Assembly: GCA_963835065.1 (NCBI GenBank)
Contig: CAWIEK010000044.1
Span: forward strand, 502,339-566,338
From: an uncultured Chthonomonadaceae bacterium
Lineage (GTDB): Bacteria > Armatimonadota > Chthonomonadetes > Chthonomonadales > Chthonomonadaceae
DNA: 64,000 bases
Direction of reading: 5' to 3'
Part shown: positions 1-10,305 of the stretch, piece by piece
How positions within the stretch are numbered: the stretch's first letter is position 1
Layout: each line of letters begins with the position of its first letter
Translations under genes and position numbers: made by a program
The notes under the pieces: generated by a model
Database searches by the model: none
Told to the model about the DNA's origin: nothing
Seen by the model: the letters and a program-made list of their open reading frames with translations, nothing else

Positions 1-2
1 GC

Positions 3-1571
3 ATGGGCGCGGACGGTATTCTGGTCAACGCCGCGCTTGGTTTGGCGCTGCTGACGCGCTACTTGTGGCAGGTATCCGCAACGCCCGCTTCTGCTGCATC
101 GTCGGCTTCCGGCGGAGTTTCGCTTGGCGCGTACTATGTCGCGGCGTATGCGCAGAACGCCGGATTGATTACCCTCCTGAGCCTGATGGTCTTTTATGCC
201 AGCGGCTTTTATACGCGGGGGCGCAGTTATCGGGGCCGTTATAAAGCGATTATCGTTGCGCAGGCGGTTTGTCTGGTATATTTAGGGGTAGCCGCGCTGA
301 ATTCGCTGCTGCCGAGCGTTGTCACCCTTTCGCGGAGCGTGGAAGCGCAGGCGTGGGCGTGGACGCTATGCTTTGTGGTCGGCGGGCGCGCATGGTCGCA
401 TCTGGCGCGTTCCTGGCAGCGCAACGAGGCCGAACCCAACAACGCGCCCGCTTCTCCTGTCGCCATGCAGGTTCCGTCCAAGTCGCGCGTCCTGGTAATC
501 GGCGGCGCGGGTTACATCGGTTCCGCCCTGATACCGCAATTGTTGAAAGCCGGGTATCGCGTCCGTATTCTGGATTTGTTTCTGTTCGGAGAGGAACCGC
601 TTGCCGACGTGCTGCATCATCCCGACCTGGAATTAATCAAAGGGGATTTCCGGCAGGTGCATAAAGTGGTAGAGTCTATGCAGGACGTAGATTCTGTTGT
701 CCACCTGGGCGCGATTGTGGGCGACCCCGCCTGCGCCCTGGACGAAAACCTGACGCTTGAAATCAACCTGATGGCGGCGCGGATGATTGCCGAGATCGCC
801 AAAGGCTGTCAGGTGAAGCGGTTCGTGTTTGCAAGCACGTGTTCCGTGTACGGCGCGAGTGACGAGGTGCTGAATGAAAATTCCAGCCTGAACCCCCTGT
901 CGCTGTACGCCCGCAGCAAAATCGCTTCGGAGCGCGTCCTACAGGAAATGGCGGACGCGCACTTCAAGCCCGTGATTCTGCGCTTCGGAACCATTTTCGG
1001 GTTCAGCGGGCGAACCCGCTTCGATCTCGTTGTCAATCTTCTGGCGGCCAAAGCGGTTGTGGAAGATCAGATCACGCTGTTCGGCGGCGATCAGTGGCGG
1101 CCTTTCGTGCATGTGCAGGACGCGGCCCGCGCCGTGTGCCTTGCGGTGGAAGCGCCTGCCGACTGCGTAGAAAACCAGATACTCAACGTGGGCGCGGACG
1201 ACCAGAACTATACCCTGCTGCAAGTGGGCGAACTGATCCGCAAACTGGTTCCCACCGCGCAAATCAGCGACGCGGACGGCGGCAGCGACCATCGGAATTA
1301 CCGCGTCAGTTTCGCCCGCATCCGCCGGCAACTGAACTTTCAGCCGGAATGGACGCTGGAGCGCGGCGTGACGCAGGTGATTTCCGCCATCAACAGCGGG
1401 CTGGTGCAGGATTACCGGGACGCCCGCTACAGCAACGTAAAATTCCTGCGCGAAGAGTGCCTCGCCCTGCTCAACGAAGAACGCACCTCGTTCAACGCCT
1501 TGCAGCAGGACCGGTTCCTCAACGTGGAGCCGGAACTGGCAACCGTGCGACAGCTTGCGAAAGCGGCTTGA
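3..1571 (+). CDS. NAD-dependent epimerase/dehydratase (extended SDR) with N-terminal membrane domain; probably 5'-truncated by the window edge
   Basis: GGAGYIG Rossmann motif, STCSVYG and YARSK catalytic motif; hydrophobic N-terminal ~140 aa. Confidence 0.85.
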   Translation: MGADGILVNAALGLALLTRYLWQVSATPASAASSASGGVSLGAYYVAAYAQNAGLITLLSLMVFYASGFYTRGRSYRGRYKAIIVAQAVCLVYLGVAALNSLLPSVVTLSRSVEAQAWAWTLCFVVGGRAWSHLARSWQRNEAEPNNAPASPVAMQVPSKSRVLVIGGAGYIGSALIPQLLKAGYRVRILDLFLFGEEPLADVLHHPDLELIKGDFRQVHKVVESMQDVDSVVHLGAIVGDPACALDENLTLEINLMAARMIAEIAKGCQVKRFVFASTCSVYGASDEVLNENSSLNPLSLYARSKIASERVLQEMADAHFKPVILRFGTIFGFSGRTRFDLVVNLLAAKAVVEDQITLFGGDQWRPFVHVQDAARAVCLAVEAPADCVENQILNVGADDQNYTLLQVGELIRKLVPTAQISDADGGSDHRNYRVSFARIRRQLNFQPEWTLERGVTQVISAINSGLVQDYRDARYSNVKFLREECLALLNEERTSFNALQQDRFLNVEPELATVRQLAKAA

Positions 1572-1574
1572 GGA

Positions 1575-1695
1575 AGTTGATAGTTGATAGTTGATAGTAG
1601 TCTGCTTGCGAACGCGCGCTCTGCCATGTTCAGCAATCAGAACACTCAACACGAGGTACTATCAACTATCAACTATCAACTATCAACTATCAACT
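1575..1695. repeat. Palindromic element with inverted heptamer arms (GTTGATA)n ... (TATCAAC)n
   Basis: About 3 units at 1575-1598 and about 5 complementary units at 1658-1695, filling the intergenic gap. Confidence 0.9.
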
Positions 1696-1697
1696 CC

Positions 1698-2894
1698 ATG
1701 AAAACACACACCCTCATCATCGGCGGCGGCATTGTCGGATTAGCGACCGCCTATGAACTGTCGCTTCGCTGCCCGGAGCAGTGCATCACGGTTCTGGAAA
1801 AAGAAGCGGGACTGGCGCAGCATCAAACGGGGCGCAATTCCGGCGTCCTCCATTCCGGCATCTATTATAAGCCCGGTTCATTAAAGGCTCTGGCCTGCCG
1901 CGAAGGCAAGGCGCGTATGGAAGCCTTTTGCGAACAGGAAAACGTTCCCTTCGAGCGGTGCGGCAAGGTGATTGTCGCCACGCGGGAGGACGAACTGCCC
2001 CGCTTGCAGGAAATTTATGCGCGAGGGCAGGCCAACGGGGTACAATGTGAAATGATCGGCCCGGAGCGGCTGCGCGAACTGGAACCCCACTGCGCGGGCA
2101 TCGCGGCCCTGCATGTCCCGGAAGCGGGCATTGTAGATTACATGGCCGTGTGCCGGCAACTGGCGCGGCGCATACAGGAGGGCGGCAATCGCATCCTGTT
2201 GGGCACAAAGGTGCTGGACATGCGCGCCGGGGAACGGGGCGTGGTTGTGCAAAGCACGGCAGGCGATTTTGAAACCGAATTGGTTATCAACTGCGCCGGC
2301 CTGCACTCCGACCGCGTAGCCGGTATGGACGGCGGCAAGCCCGGCGCCCAAATCGTGCCGTTTCGGGGCGAGTATTTCGAATTAAAGCCCCATGCTGAAC
2401 ACCTGTGCCGCGCCCTCATCTATCCCGTGCCCGACCCCCGTTTTCCGTTTCTGGGCGTTCATTTTACGCGCATGGTTGCGGGCGGCGTGGAGTGCGGCCC
2501 CAACGCCGTCCTCGCGTTTGCCCGCGAAGGCTACGCCAAAACGAATGTGAACCTGCGCGATACGTGGCAGACTCTGACTTACAGCGGCTTTCTGCATCTG
2601 GCGCGGCGGTACGGCAAAATAGGCATGGGCGAGTTCTGGCGCTCGGTCAGCAAGGCCGCGTTCGTCCGCGCCTTGCAGCGTCTCATCCCCGAAATCGAAG
2701 CGCAGCATCTCGTGCCCGCGCCCGCCGGAGTGCGCGCGCAGGCGGTTGCGCCGGATGGCAAGTTGGTGGACGATTTCGCCATTGTGGAGCGCCCGCATAT
2801 TCTGGACGTGATTAACGCGCCCTCCCCGGCGGCAACCGCTTCCCTCAGCGTGGCGCGAACCATCGTGGAACGAGCCGCTACAATGAATGGCTGA
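1698..2894 (+). CDS. lhgO: L-2-hydroxyglutarate oxidase-like FAD oxidoreductase
   Basis: [58 protein letters not shown]; start moved to ATG 1698 after the repeat. Confidence 0.9.
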   Translation: MKTHTLIIGGGIVGLATAYELSLRCPEQCITVLEKEAGLAQHQTGRNSGVLHSGIYYKPGSLKALACREGKARMEAFCEQENVPFERCGKVIVATREDELPRLQEIYARGQANGVQCEMIGPERLRELEPHCAGIAALHVPEAGIVDYMAVCRQLARRIQEGGNRILLGTKVLDMRAGERGVVVQSTAGDFETELVINCAGLHSDRVAGMDGGKPGAQIVPFRGEYFELKPHAEHLCRALIYPVPDPRFPFLGVHFTRMVAGGVECGPNAVLAFAREGYAKTNVNLRDTWQTLTYSGFLHLARRYGKIGMGEFWRSVSKAAFVRALQRLIPEIEAQHLVPAPAGVRAQAVAPDGKLVDDFAIVERPHILDVINAPSPAATASLSVARTIVERAATMNG

Positions 2895-3049
2895 CCGCGT
2901 AGCAAGGTGGGGAATACGCTCACCACAGAGGCACAGAGACACAGAGGTTTCACAGAGAGTAGCAGAGAAAAGAAGAAGAGAAGAAGAGAAGACAAAGAAG
3001 AGAATAAAAAGAAGGGCAATTGTTGTCTTCTTTGAGGGAGGGAAAGAAC

Positions 3050-3631
3050 ATGGACGCTAAACATTTCATTTGCAGTTATTTGACGGACGCGCAGAAGCTC
3101 ATTGAAGAGATTGAGCCTGCGGAGGTGGAGCAGGTTGTGGACGTTTTGCTGACGGCGTGGAAGGACGGCAAGCGGGTGTTGTTGATGGGCAATGGGGGGA
3201 GCAGCAGCAGCGTTTCCCACATCGTCAACGACATGCAGAAGAACATCTTCCTCGAAGCCGGCAAGCCGCTGCGGACAATCTGCCTTTCCGATTGTACCCC
3301 GCTGATGATGGCATGGGCCAATGACACGAGTTGGGACAACGTATTTGCCCCACAGGTGCAATGCTGGGCGGAACCCGGCGATGTCGTGATCGGCGTCAGT
3401 GGCAGCGGCAACAGCATGAATATCATCAACGGCATCCAGGTCGCCAATGAAGCCGGAGCGCATACATTCGGGCTGGCAGGCTTTAGCGGCGGCAAACTCA
3501 AGGACGCCGCGCAGCACTGTATCGTCGTCCGCTCCGACAACATGCAGCGCATCGAAGACGTTCACATGATCCTCCTGCACCTCATCTTCTCCACCCTCCA
3601 GGAACGCGCCAAACAAGAGACACAGAAGTAA
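3050..3631 (+). CDS. gmhA: SIS-domain phosphoheptose isomerase
   Basis: GNGGS, SGSGNS, LAGFSGG and EDVH motifs; adjacent to gmhB; RBS GGGAGGG. Confidence 0.8.
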   Translation: MDAKHFICSYLTDAQKLIEEIEPAEVEQVVDVLLTAWKDGKRVLLMGNGGSSSSVSHIVNDMQKNIFLEAGKPLRTICLSDCTPLMMAWANDTSWDNVFAPQVQCWAEPGDVVIGVSGSGNSMNIINGIQVANEAGAHTFGLAGFSGGKLKDAAQHCIVVRSDNMQRIEDVHMILLHLIFSTLQERAKQETQK

Positions 3632-3760
3632 ACTACGGAGAACACGGAGGAGACGGAGGCAGGAGAAATGGGTTCCTTTTCGTTTATTTCGCGTGTTTCG
3701 CGGTTCCTAACTCTCCTCTTCTCTTCTTCTCTTCTTCTTTTCTTCACATCGGGGGTAGCT

Positions 3761-4336
3761 GTGAGCGAGTCAGGGCGGACGGTGTTTGTGGATCGGGATG
3801 GGGTACTCAATCGCGAGTTGGGCGAGTACGTCACGCGCCCAGAAGATTTGGCCTTACTACCGGGTGTCGCTGAAGCGGTGGCGCGGCTGAATCGCGCGGG
3901 ATGGCCGGTGATTGTATTTACCAATCAAGCGGCTGTGGGACGGGGGCGCTTGACGGCAGAGGGGTTGGACGCCATCCATGCGAAGCTGCGGGCGGAAATT
4001 GCAGCAGAGGGCGGGGAACTGCAAGCGATTTATGTCTGCCCCCATCATCCCGACGCCCGGTGTGAGTGCCGCAAGCCCCTGCCCGGTATGCTGCTCCAAG
4101 CGGCGCGGGAACAGCATTTGGATTTGACGCAGTGTTACGCGATTGGCGACACGCTCCGCGACATTCAAGCCGGAAATGCGGCGGGCTGCCATACCATTCT
4201 GGTGTTGACAGGCCATACCCAAACGTTTGACGCTTCCAATTTCCCCCTGCCGCATCCTGATTATGTATTTCCTGATCTGGCGGCGGCTGTAGAGAGGATT
4301 CTCCAATTTGATGCGTTGGCTTGTGTCGGGTGTTGA
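3761..4336 (+). CDS. gmhB: D-glycero-D-manno-heptose 1,7-bisphosphate phosphatase (HAD IIIA)
   Basis: FVDRDGVLN, FTNQ, CPHHP-x4-CECRKP and IGD motifs; GTG start at 3761. Confidence 0.9.
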   Translation: MSESGRTVFVDRDGVLNRELGEYVTRPEDLALLPGVAEAVARLNRAGWPVIVFTNQAAVGRGRLTAEGLDAIHAKLRAEIAAEGGELQAIYVCPHHPDARCECRKPLPGMLLQAAREQHLDLTQCYAIGDTLRDIQAGNAAGCHTILVLTGHTQTFDASNFPLPHPDYVFPDLAAAVERILQFDALACVGC

Positions 4337-4359
4337 AAACGCTGGTTGTAAAAGCCGGC

Positions 4360-4510
4360 GCCGGGGATTGAAAAGCCCTGGCAGGAGTTCCGGGTACTGA
4401 AAATCCCCGGCAGGAAAATGTAAGCGTCCCTCAGACGCGGGAAAGCTTGATAGAGAGTTGCGTCCGCAGGATTCTTGTTTTGTGCAGCCAGGGGTTTTCA
4501 ATCCCTGGCA
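4360..4510. repeat. Cluster of REP-like hairpins (GCCGGGG-ATTGAAA-CCCYGGC family)
   Basis: Imperfect hairpins near 4360, 4390 and 4487; 4390-4445 is the reverse complement of the elements at 44371-44469 and 63532-63612. Confidence 0.7.
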
Positions 4511-4704
4511 TTTTGATTCGTACCTTGATAATGCAATCCCGGCAGGAATTCGCGCGGACAGTGGCGAAATGGCGCGCAATCGAAGCAAGTATTTGTCTGA
4601 GGAAGCATTTGGATCACGGAGAAACAGGCGCGAACTAATCTTGATGCTCACTTGTTTCTTGAACCGGGCGTCCGCTGATTTTGTCTGCAAAGGTGAGCCT
4701 CTTC

Positions 4705-5836
4705 ACTCACGTTACGCAGCGAGGTGGTGAGAAGTCGGTTCTGACGGTATACTGTCGTCATGGACAAACAACTTCTGGACCTCTACTCGGACTATCTGAT
4801 TTGTTCGTTCGGCTTGACCACCGCCACCGGCCTTTCAACCCTACTTGACGGAGCCATTAGCCACGACAAGATTACCCGGTTCTTGTCGGGCAGCGACTTT
4901 ACTGCTTCGGACCTGTGGCATCTGGTCAAACCGCTCGTGCGGCAGGAGCAATGCGAAGACGCCGTGCTGGTCTTCGATGACAGCATTGAAGAAAAACTCT
5001 ATACCGATGAAAGCGCCCTCATTAGCTGGCATTGGGATCATTGCTTTAACCGCAATGTTAAAGGCATCAACTTCCTGACCTGTTTGGATCGCGCCCCCAC
5101 CGCCGCCCTACCCGTCGCGTTCGAGTTAATCCAGAAGTCGGCGTGGGAAACCGACAAGAAGACGGGCAAGCCCAAGCGGGTGTGCCCCAAGACTAAGAAC
5201 GAGTATCTGCGCGAGATGGTGGCGCAGTGTCAGAAGAACCTCCTGCCCTTCCGCTAGGTGTTAGCGGACGCCTGGTTCAGTGCCGCGGAAACGATGGTGT
5301 ATCTCAAAGGAGAACGTGAAACCGACTTTATCTTTCCCCTCAAGGCCAACCGCAAAGTGGCTTTGTCGCAAGAAGACAAGTTGGCAGGCCGCTATATGTC
5401 CGTATCCTCGCTTCCTCTCGAAGCGAACGCCACCCAAGAAATCTGGCTGGCGGGAGTAGACTTCCCCTTCTGTTGTGCAAGCAGGTCTTTACAAACAAGG
5501 ACGGCAGCCAGGGCGTTCTCTATCTGGTGACGAGTGACACGACGTTGCACGGTTGCGACATCCAAGCAATCTACCAAAAACGGTGGAAAGTGGAAGAGTA
5601 CCACAAATCGGTCAAGAGCAATGCCAGTTTCGCCAAGTCGCCGACCAAAACCATTCGCATACAGAGCAACCATATCTTCGCCTGCTTATGGGCGTATGTG
5701 AAATTGGAAAGTCTGCGTTTGCAGACCCGGTTAAACCACTTTGCCATGAAAGGCAGAATTTACAAGGCCGCTCTCGCTAGTGCGTACCGGGAACTCCAAG
5801 TTCTCAAAGGCCAGACTGCGCCTGCGTAAGGTGAGT
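4705..5836 (+). mobile_element. IS701-like insertion sequence, about 1.13 kb, inactivated
   Basis: 15-bp terminal inverted repeats ACTCACGTTACGCAG (4705-4719) and CTGCGTAAGGTGAGT (5822-5836), one mismatch; encloses a DDE transposase; no target-site duplication seen. Confidence 0.85.
4760..5829 (+). pseudogene. IS701-family DDE transposase with nonsense codon and frameshift
   Basis: SHDKITRFL, VFDDSIEEK, VLADAWF and YQKRWKVEEYHKSVK motifs over three ORFs; in-frame TAG at 5255-5257 and frameshift near 5470. Confidence 0.85.
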
Positions 5837-6089
5837 TATTCATGGCTTCAGGAAGGTCAAGGATGATAGAGGTTACGAATGGTATGTTGGCCCGGAAGCC
5901 TTGACGCTGCTAAAACAGAAGGTTCGTCTCGTCACAACCACATGGGAACCCTTGCGTATGCCGGATACCCTGTAGAGAATACGTTAGGCTGACACGAAGA
6001 GCGACTTGCAGAACGCCAACTGATCATTCAATATTCGCTTACTTTCTGGAACAGCGATTGGAAAGTTCGTAATCTGGAAGCATGACTTG

Positions 6090-6686
6090 ATGAATACATC
6101 AGAATATATTCAATACTGCGGAGCGCAGAATCTGATGCAGTATGACGCTGCGATGGTCAGCAGCCTGTCAATTTCTGCTGAATCAAAGCAGTTCCTCGTT
6201 GAGGTTGGACTGCCTTGTAACGGAAAATACTATTTTCCTCTGGATGCAACCGACCCAACCCTGCCCTATATTCAATCGGTCTGCTTCAATCCCGAACGTA
6301 TTCCCTCCGAATACCGCTATTTGCGTTTTTTAGGAACCCGGTGTCTGTGGCCGAATCGCCCGGTGCATTATGGCATCTGTGAAGAAGAGGGAGGAACAGT
6401 GTATGCAATCCATGATGACATGCAAAACGAGATAGAGATTTGTTTCGTGAGTTCCAGTGTTGAGCAGTATGCGGCCTTCGTAGTTCATTTAGAACGGTGG
6501 CAAGATTGGCAAAATGAAGCGTATGCAGCGCGTATAGATGTAGATGCGATGGAGGCTGCGTGGGGGTTAGTTCGCACATTGCGCGAGATTGATCCGTCGG
6601 CTTGCGAACCGGATGCCCCTTCCGGTTTAGAGACAGAATTGGGCGGGCTAATCACGCATATTGAGTTTACGGGATGTACCGGGTAA
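6090..6686 (+). CDS. SUKH-4-like immunity protein
   Basis: KQFLVEVGLP, GTVYAI, FVSSSVEQYAAF and LREIDPSA resemble SUKH-4 signatures; lower GC. Confidence 0.65.
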   Translation: MNTSEYIQYCGAQNLMQYDAAMVSSLSISAESKQFLVEVGLPCNGKYYFPLDATDPTLPYIQSVCFNPERIPSEYRYLRFLGTRCLWPNRPVHYGICEEEGGTVYAIHDDMQNEIEICFVSSSVEQYAAFVVHLERWQDWQNEAYAARIDVDAMEAAWGLVRTLREIDPSACEPDAPSGLETELGGLITHIEFTGCTG

Positions 6687-6782
6687 GCTACTGGTATGTG
6701 AGAAGACGTTGATGCAGTAGAGCAGGTCGCGCTTGACCGCAGCCATTTCTTTACTAATCCCCAATGTAGAAAGGATAATCTG

Positions 6783-7055
6783 ATGGGACGTTCGCAAATG
6801 AGCAGTATGGAGGTTGGACGGTTGGGTAAGGCAATGTATGCGCAAAGCATTCGAGACAAAGTGGAAACGGAAGAAAACATCGGCAAGATGGTGATTATTG
6901 ATGTAGAAACAGGTGAGTATGAGATTGACGACCTGGGCTTGGAAGCATCGCGCCATCTCCATGCCAAACACCCGGATGCCGCGCTTTATGGTATTCGTAT
7001 CGGCTACAACGTGGCCGAAACTCTTGGCGGTCTGATGGAGCGTGTCGCCCGATGA
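6783..7055 (+). CDS. Small conserved protein coupled to a clan AA aspartic protease
   Basis: IGKMVIIDVETGEYEID...LYGIRIG; ATGA overlap with the next gene. Confidence 0.7.
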   Translation: MGRSQMSSMEVGRLGKAMYAQSIRDKVETEENIGKMVIIDVETGEYEIDDLGLEASRHLHAKHPDAALYGIRIGYNVAETLGGLMERVAR

Positions 7056-7414
7056 ATGGCAGCGTCTTTAATCGTCAATTGCTTGTTACCATTGTTTTCC
7101 GCCGCCCCGGACAGCCCGACATCGGCATTGAGTTCGTTGTGGATACCGGGTTTGTGGGCTTCCTCACACTGCCTTTGTCCGCTGTATTGGCGTTGGGATT
7201 GTCTTACGAGTTTGATATGCCTGCCAACCTTGCAGATGGCAGCGAAGTGGAAGTGCCGGTTTACAGCGCCACAATTGTTTGGAATGGCGTTGAGCGCTTC
7301 GTTCGCGTATTGGCAATGGGCCAGCGCCCTCTGCTTGGAACCGCGTTGTTGGATGGCAGCGAAATGCTGTCTCAATTCAAAGATGGCGGCCTGCTTACGA
7401 TTCATGACCTGTAA
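7052..7414 (+). CDS. Clan AA (retropepsin-like) aspartic protease
   Basis: VVDTGF catalytic motif, LADG flap, PLLGTALL; 120-aa single domain. Confidence 0.85.
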   Translation: MNGSVFNRQLLVTIVFRRPGQPDIGIEFVVDTGFVGFLTLPLSAVLALGLSYEFDMPANLADGSEVEVPVYSATIVWNGVERFVRVLAMGQRPLLGTALLDGSEMLSQFKDGGLLTIHDL

Positions 7415-7598
7415 AGAATGAAAAAGGAAAACACCCTCGCGTTGGTGAATACTCCCGGCAACAACCGCACAGCAGCGCCAACAAAGGCTTTTCCACGAGC
7501 AACACTCTGGTTCTTTTTCTCTCCGTGTCCTCCGTGTTCTCCGTGGTTCCCCTTGCTTTTGCGGTTAATTCTTTCCTTGCGAGGTTGCAAATACCACC

Positions 7599-9026
7599 AT
7601 GCCCGATACCCGGCCCAATATCGTTTTGTTCGGCATTGATTCCCTGCTTGCCGACCATGTAAGTTCTTATGGCTATCCGCGCCTGACTACGCCGCACATT
7701 GACAAATTCGCGCAAGGCGGGACGCTGTTCGAGCGTACGTACAGCGCCCATATCCCGACGACGAGCGCGTATTCTTCTATGCTGACCGGTATGGACTGCT
7801 TTACCACACAGGTTGTCGCGCTGCGGCATCGGGGCGGCCTGCGCCCTGAAGTTTCCACGCTGCCCGAAATCCTGCGTAACACGGGTTATAACACCACCTG
7901 CGTCGGCTTTACGGGCAATCCGGCCTCGCGGGGCTTTGACAAGTATCTGGACTATTTGGGCTGGGGAAGCTGGAACGAGGGCCGCAGTCCCAAAGCGCAG
8001 AACCTCAACGATGTGGCCCTGCCGGAACTGGATCGGCTTGTGGGTGAGCAGAAATCCGAGGGGAAACCGTTTTTTCTGTTCCTGCGCCACATGGACCCCC
8101 ATGCGCCCTATCTGCCGCCCGCGCCTTACGAGCGCATGTTCTATCACGGGAACGAAACCGACCCGGCCAACAAAAGCATGGAACCCGTGATGGCGTTCAA
8201 GCCGTTTCGGGACTTTTTCGCAAGCTGGATGCCGCCCGGAATTTCGGACAAAGATTACGTGATTGCGCAGTACGACGGCGCGATTGCCTACATGGACGCC
8301 TGCATCCAATCCATTTTCACGGCTCTGGACGCGCATGGCATTGTGGATGAAACCATTGTTGTGCTGAACGGCGATCATGGCGAAACCCTGTACGACCATG
8401 AGTGCTGGTTCGACCATCACGGCATGTACGACAACACGCTCCACGTTCCTCTCATCATCCGCTATCCCGGCAAAGTTCCGGCAGGCAAGCGCGTTGCCGA
8501 ATACAATCAGCACAAAGACCTTGTGCCGACTATTCTGGAACTGATCGGAATCAGCCCGGAAGACATTTTTGGAGCCGGCACGGACATTGACTTCGACGGC
8601 AAGAGCCTGATGCCTCTTGTACGCGGCGAACAGGGCGAACGCGAAACCGAGTTTTATATCACGGAATGTACGTGGATGCGCAAGCATGGCTGGCGCACCC
8701 CGGATTACAAACTCATCCTCGCGCTCGAACCCGATTTTCACTTCAAGCCCGCCGTAGAACTCTACGACCTGAAAGGCGATCCGCAGGAAAACAACAACAT
8801 CGCGGAACAGCAGCCCGAAATCGTGGCCGACCTGCGCGCCCGCATGGAAGCGCATATCGCCAAACGCACTCAGGAAACCGACCTGCCCAACCCCATGCTG
8901 ACGCAGGGCGACTGGCACGGCCACGAGGGCGTCGGCGCGTTCACCAGTTCGCAGCAAGCCTACGACACCATGCACATCGGCGACCCCAATCAGGCGGCGA
9001 GTTTGCAGGCGAAGAGCAGGGAGTAG
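7599..9026 (+). CDS. Sulfatase / alkaline-phosphatase superfamily hydrolase
   Basis: PNIVLFGIDSL, TPHID, DPHAPY, GDHGE, HVPLII, ELYDLKGDPQE. Confidence 0.85.
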   Translation: MPDTRPNIVLFGIDSLLADHVSSYGYPRLTTPHIDKFAQGGTLFERTYSAHIPTTSAYSSMLTGMDCFTTQVVALRHRGGLRPEVSTLPEILRNTGYNTTCVGFTGNPASRGFDKYLDYLGWGSWNEGRSPKAQNLNDVALPELDRLVGEQKSEGKPFFLFLRHMDPHAPYLPPAPYERMFYHGNETDPANKSMEPVMAFKPFRDFFASWMPPGISDKDYVIAQYDGAIAYMDACIQSIFTALDAHGIVDETIVVLNGDHGETLYDHECWFDHHGMYDNTLHVPLIIRYPGKVPAGKRVAEYNQHKDLVPTILELIGISPEDIFGAGTDIDFDGKSLMPLVRGEQGERETEFYITECTWMRKHGWRTPDYKLILALEPDFHFKPAVELYDLKGDPQENNNIAEQQPEIVADLRARMEAHIAKRTQETDLPNPMLTQGDWHGHEGVGAFTSSQQAYDTMHIGDPNQAASLQAKSRE

Positions 9027-9145
9027 ACGGTAGACAGTAGACGGTAGACGGTAGAAATGCCTGTTGACTTAAAGCTGTACATGGCATGATAGCTTACAGG
9101 AACAAGTTCGTCTACTGTCTACTGTCTACCGTCTACCCTCTACCC
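9023..9145. repeat. Palindromic element (GTAGACG)n ... (TCTACYG)n
   Basis: Inverted heptamer arms beginning at the sulfatase TAG stop. Confidence 0.85.
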
Positions 9146-9158
9146 TCCCGGAGTTTCC

Positions 9159-9998
9159 ATGTCCGACAAAGTGTTCACGCTTGCCTTTTGGATAGAGTTC
9201 TGGCACGAGACGGCCAAAGACATCATTCACGGCGCGATACGGATTATTGGTATCTTTATTGCGTATTTGGTGATACGCGCCTTGATGTACCGGCTGATTG
9301 ATGGATTGCTGGCGCGGGTGATGGCGCATGATTCGCGTATCGGCCTGACGGCGGAGCGGGCGGGGCGGGTGCAGACGCTGCAAGGCTTGAGCAAAAGCGT
9401 GGTCGGGTACGCGCTGTTTTTCGTGCTTGGTATATTACTGCTCGGCGCGGTGGGCATTCCCATTCTGCCGTTTATCACCTCGGCCAGCGTGGTGGGAATT
9501 GCCGTCGGTTTGGGCGCGCAAAAATTGTTTAAGGACGTGATTTCCGGCTTTTTCATCGTGGTGGACAACCTGTACGCGGTGGGCGAAACGGTCAACATCG
9601 GCGCGATTACGGGGGAAGTGCAGGAACTGGGGATGCGCGTTACGCGCCTGCTCGACAGCAACGGCAAAATACACCTGATTTCCAACGGCGATATTGGCAC
9701 GGTGACAAACCTGTCGCGCCACGCCATTCAAGACTTTATCGAAGTCAATGTCGCCGCCACTGCCGACCTGAACAAAGCGCTGGAGGTATCGAACAAGACC
9801 GGCGAAAAACTCTACGCGCTGCCCGACCACCACCTGAAGTCCGCCCCACAAGTACAGGGTATCACGGCCTTCAGCGCCGCGTCCGTCACCGTCCGCGTCA
9901 CCGTCTGTACGGAACCCGCCTACTTGATAGAGGAACAAATGCGCGTCCGCGTCGCCCTCCGGGACGCTTATCTTGCGGCGGAAATCCCTCTTGCATGA
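9159..9998 (+). CDS. mscS: Small-conductance mechanosensitive channel
   Basis: Three hydrophobic segments, GIAVGLGAQKLFKDVISGFFI, GEVQELGMRVT. Confidence 0.9.
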   Translation: MSDKVFTLAFWIEFWHETAKDIIHGAIRIIGIFIAYLVIRALMYRLIDGLLARVMAHDSRIGLTAERAGRVQTLQGLSKSVVGYALFFVLGILLLGAVGIPILPFITSASVVGIAVGLGAQKLFKDVISGFFIVVDNLYAVGETVNIGAITGEVQELGMRVTRLLDSNGKIHLISNGDIGTVTNLSRHAIQDFIEVNVAATADLNKALEVSNKTGEKLYALPDHHLKSAPQVQGITAFSAASVTVRVTVCTEPAYLIEEQMRVRVALRDAYLAAEIPLA

Positions 9999-9999
9999 G

Positions 10000-10305
10000 G
10001 AAAGAAAAGAAGAAGAGGAGAAAAGAAGAGGAGAACAGGAGAGTGGGAACCGCTAAACACACGAAATAAACGAAAAGAAAATGCAAAAAGAACAAGAGGA
10101 AATAGACAGGATTAAGGGGATTAGAAGGATTAAACAGGATTGTGATTCGAGAATGAAAGCCTGCTTGTTTTGAATATGCGGCGGCATTTGTGGACTTGCC
10201 CCTGTTCTTTTTGTATTTTTTCGTTTATTTCGCGTATTTCGCGGTTCCCACTCTCCTGTTCTCCTGTTCTCCTCTTCTCCTCTTCTCCGTGTCCTCCGTG
10301 GTTTA
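10000..10305. repeat. Nested ~300-bp palindromic element between convergent genes
   Basis: GAGAACAGGAGAGTGGGAACCGC...CGAAATAAACGAAAA mirrored by TTTTCGTTTATTTCG...GCGGTTCCCACTCTCCTGTTCTC; ends in CCGTGGTTTA. Confidence 0.85.

Noticed and set aside
1575..1695. Short tandem repeats as possible CRISPR arrays
   Set aside because: Units are 7-9 bp with no unique spacers; only 40589-40759 has repeat-spacer structure.
5255..5257. Programmed stop readthrough or recoding in the transposase
   Set aside because: TAG sits at a position normally Tyr (FRYVL), and a second lesion follows; simple inactivation explains it.
7395..8975. Long antisense ORFs (also 61376-63436, 18019-19314, 2579-3616)
   Set aside because: Shadows of GC-rich genes with clear motifs on the other strand; no independent signals.
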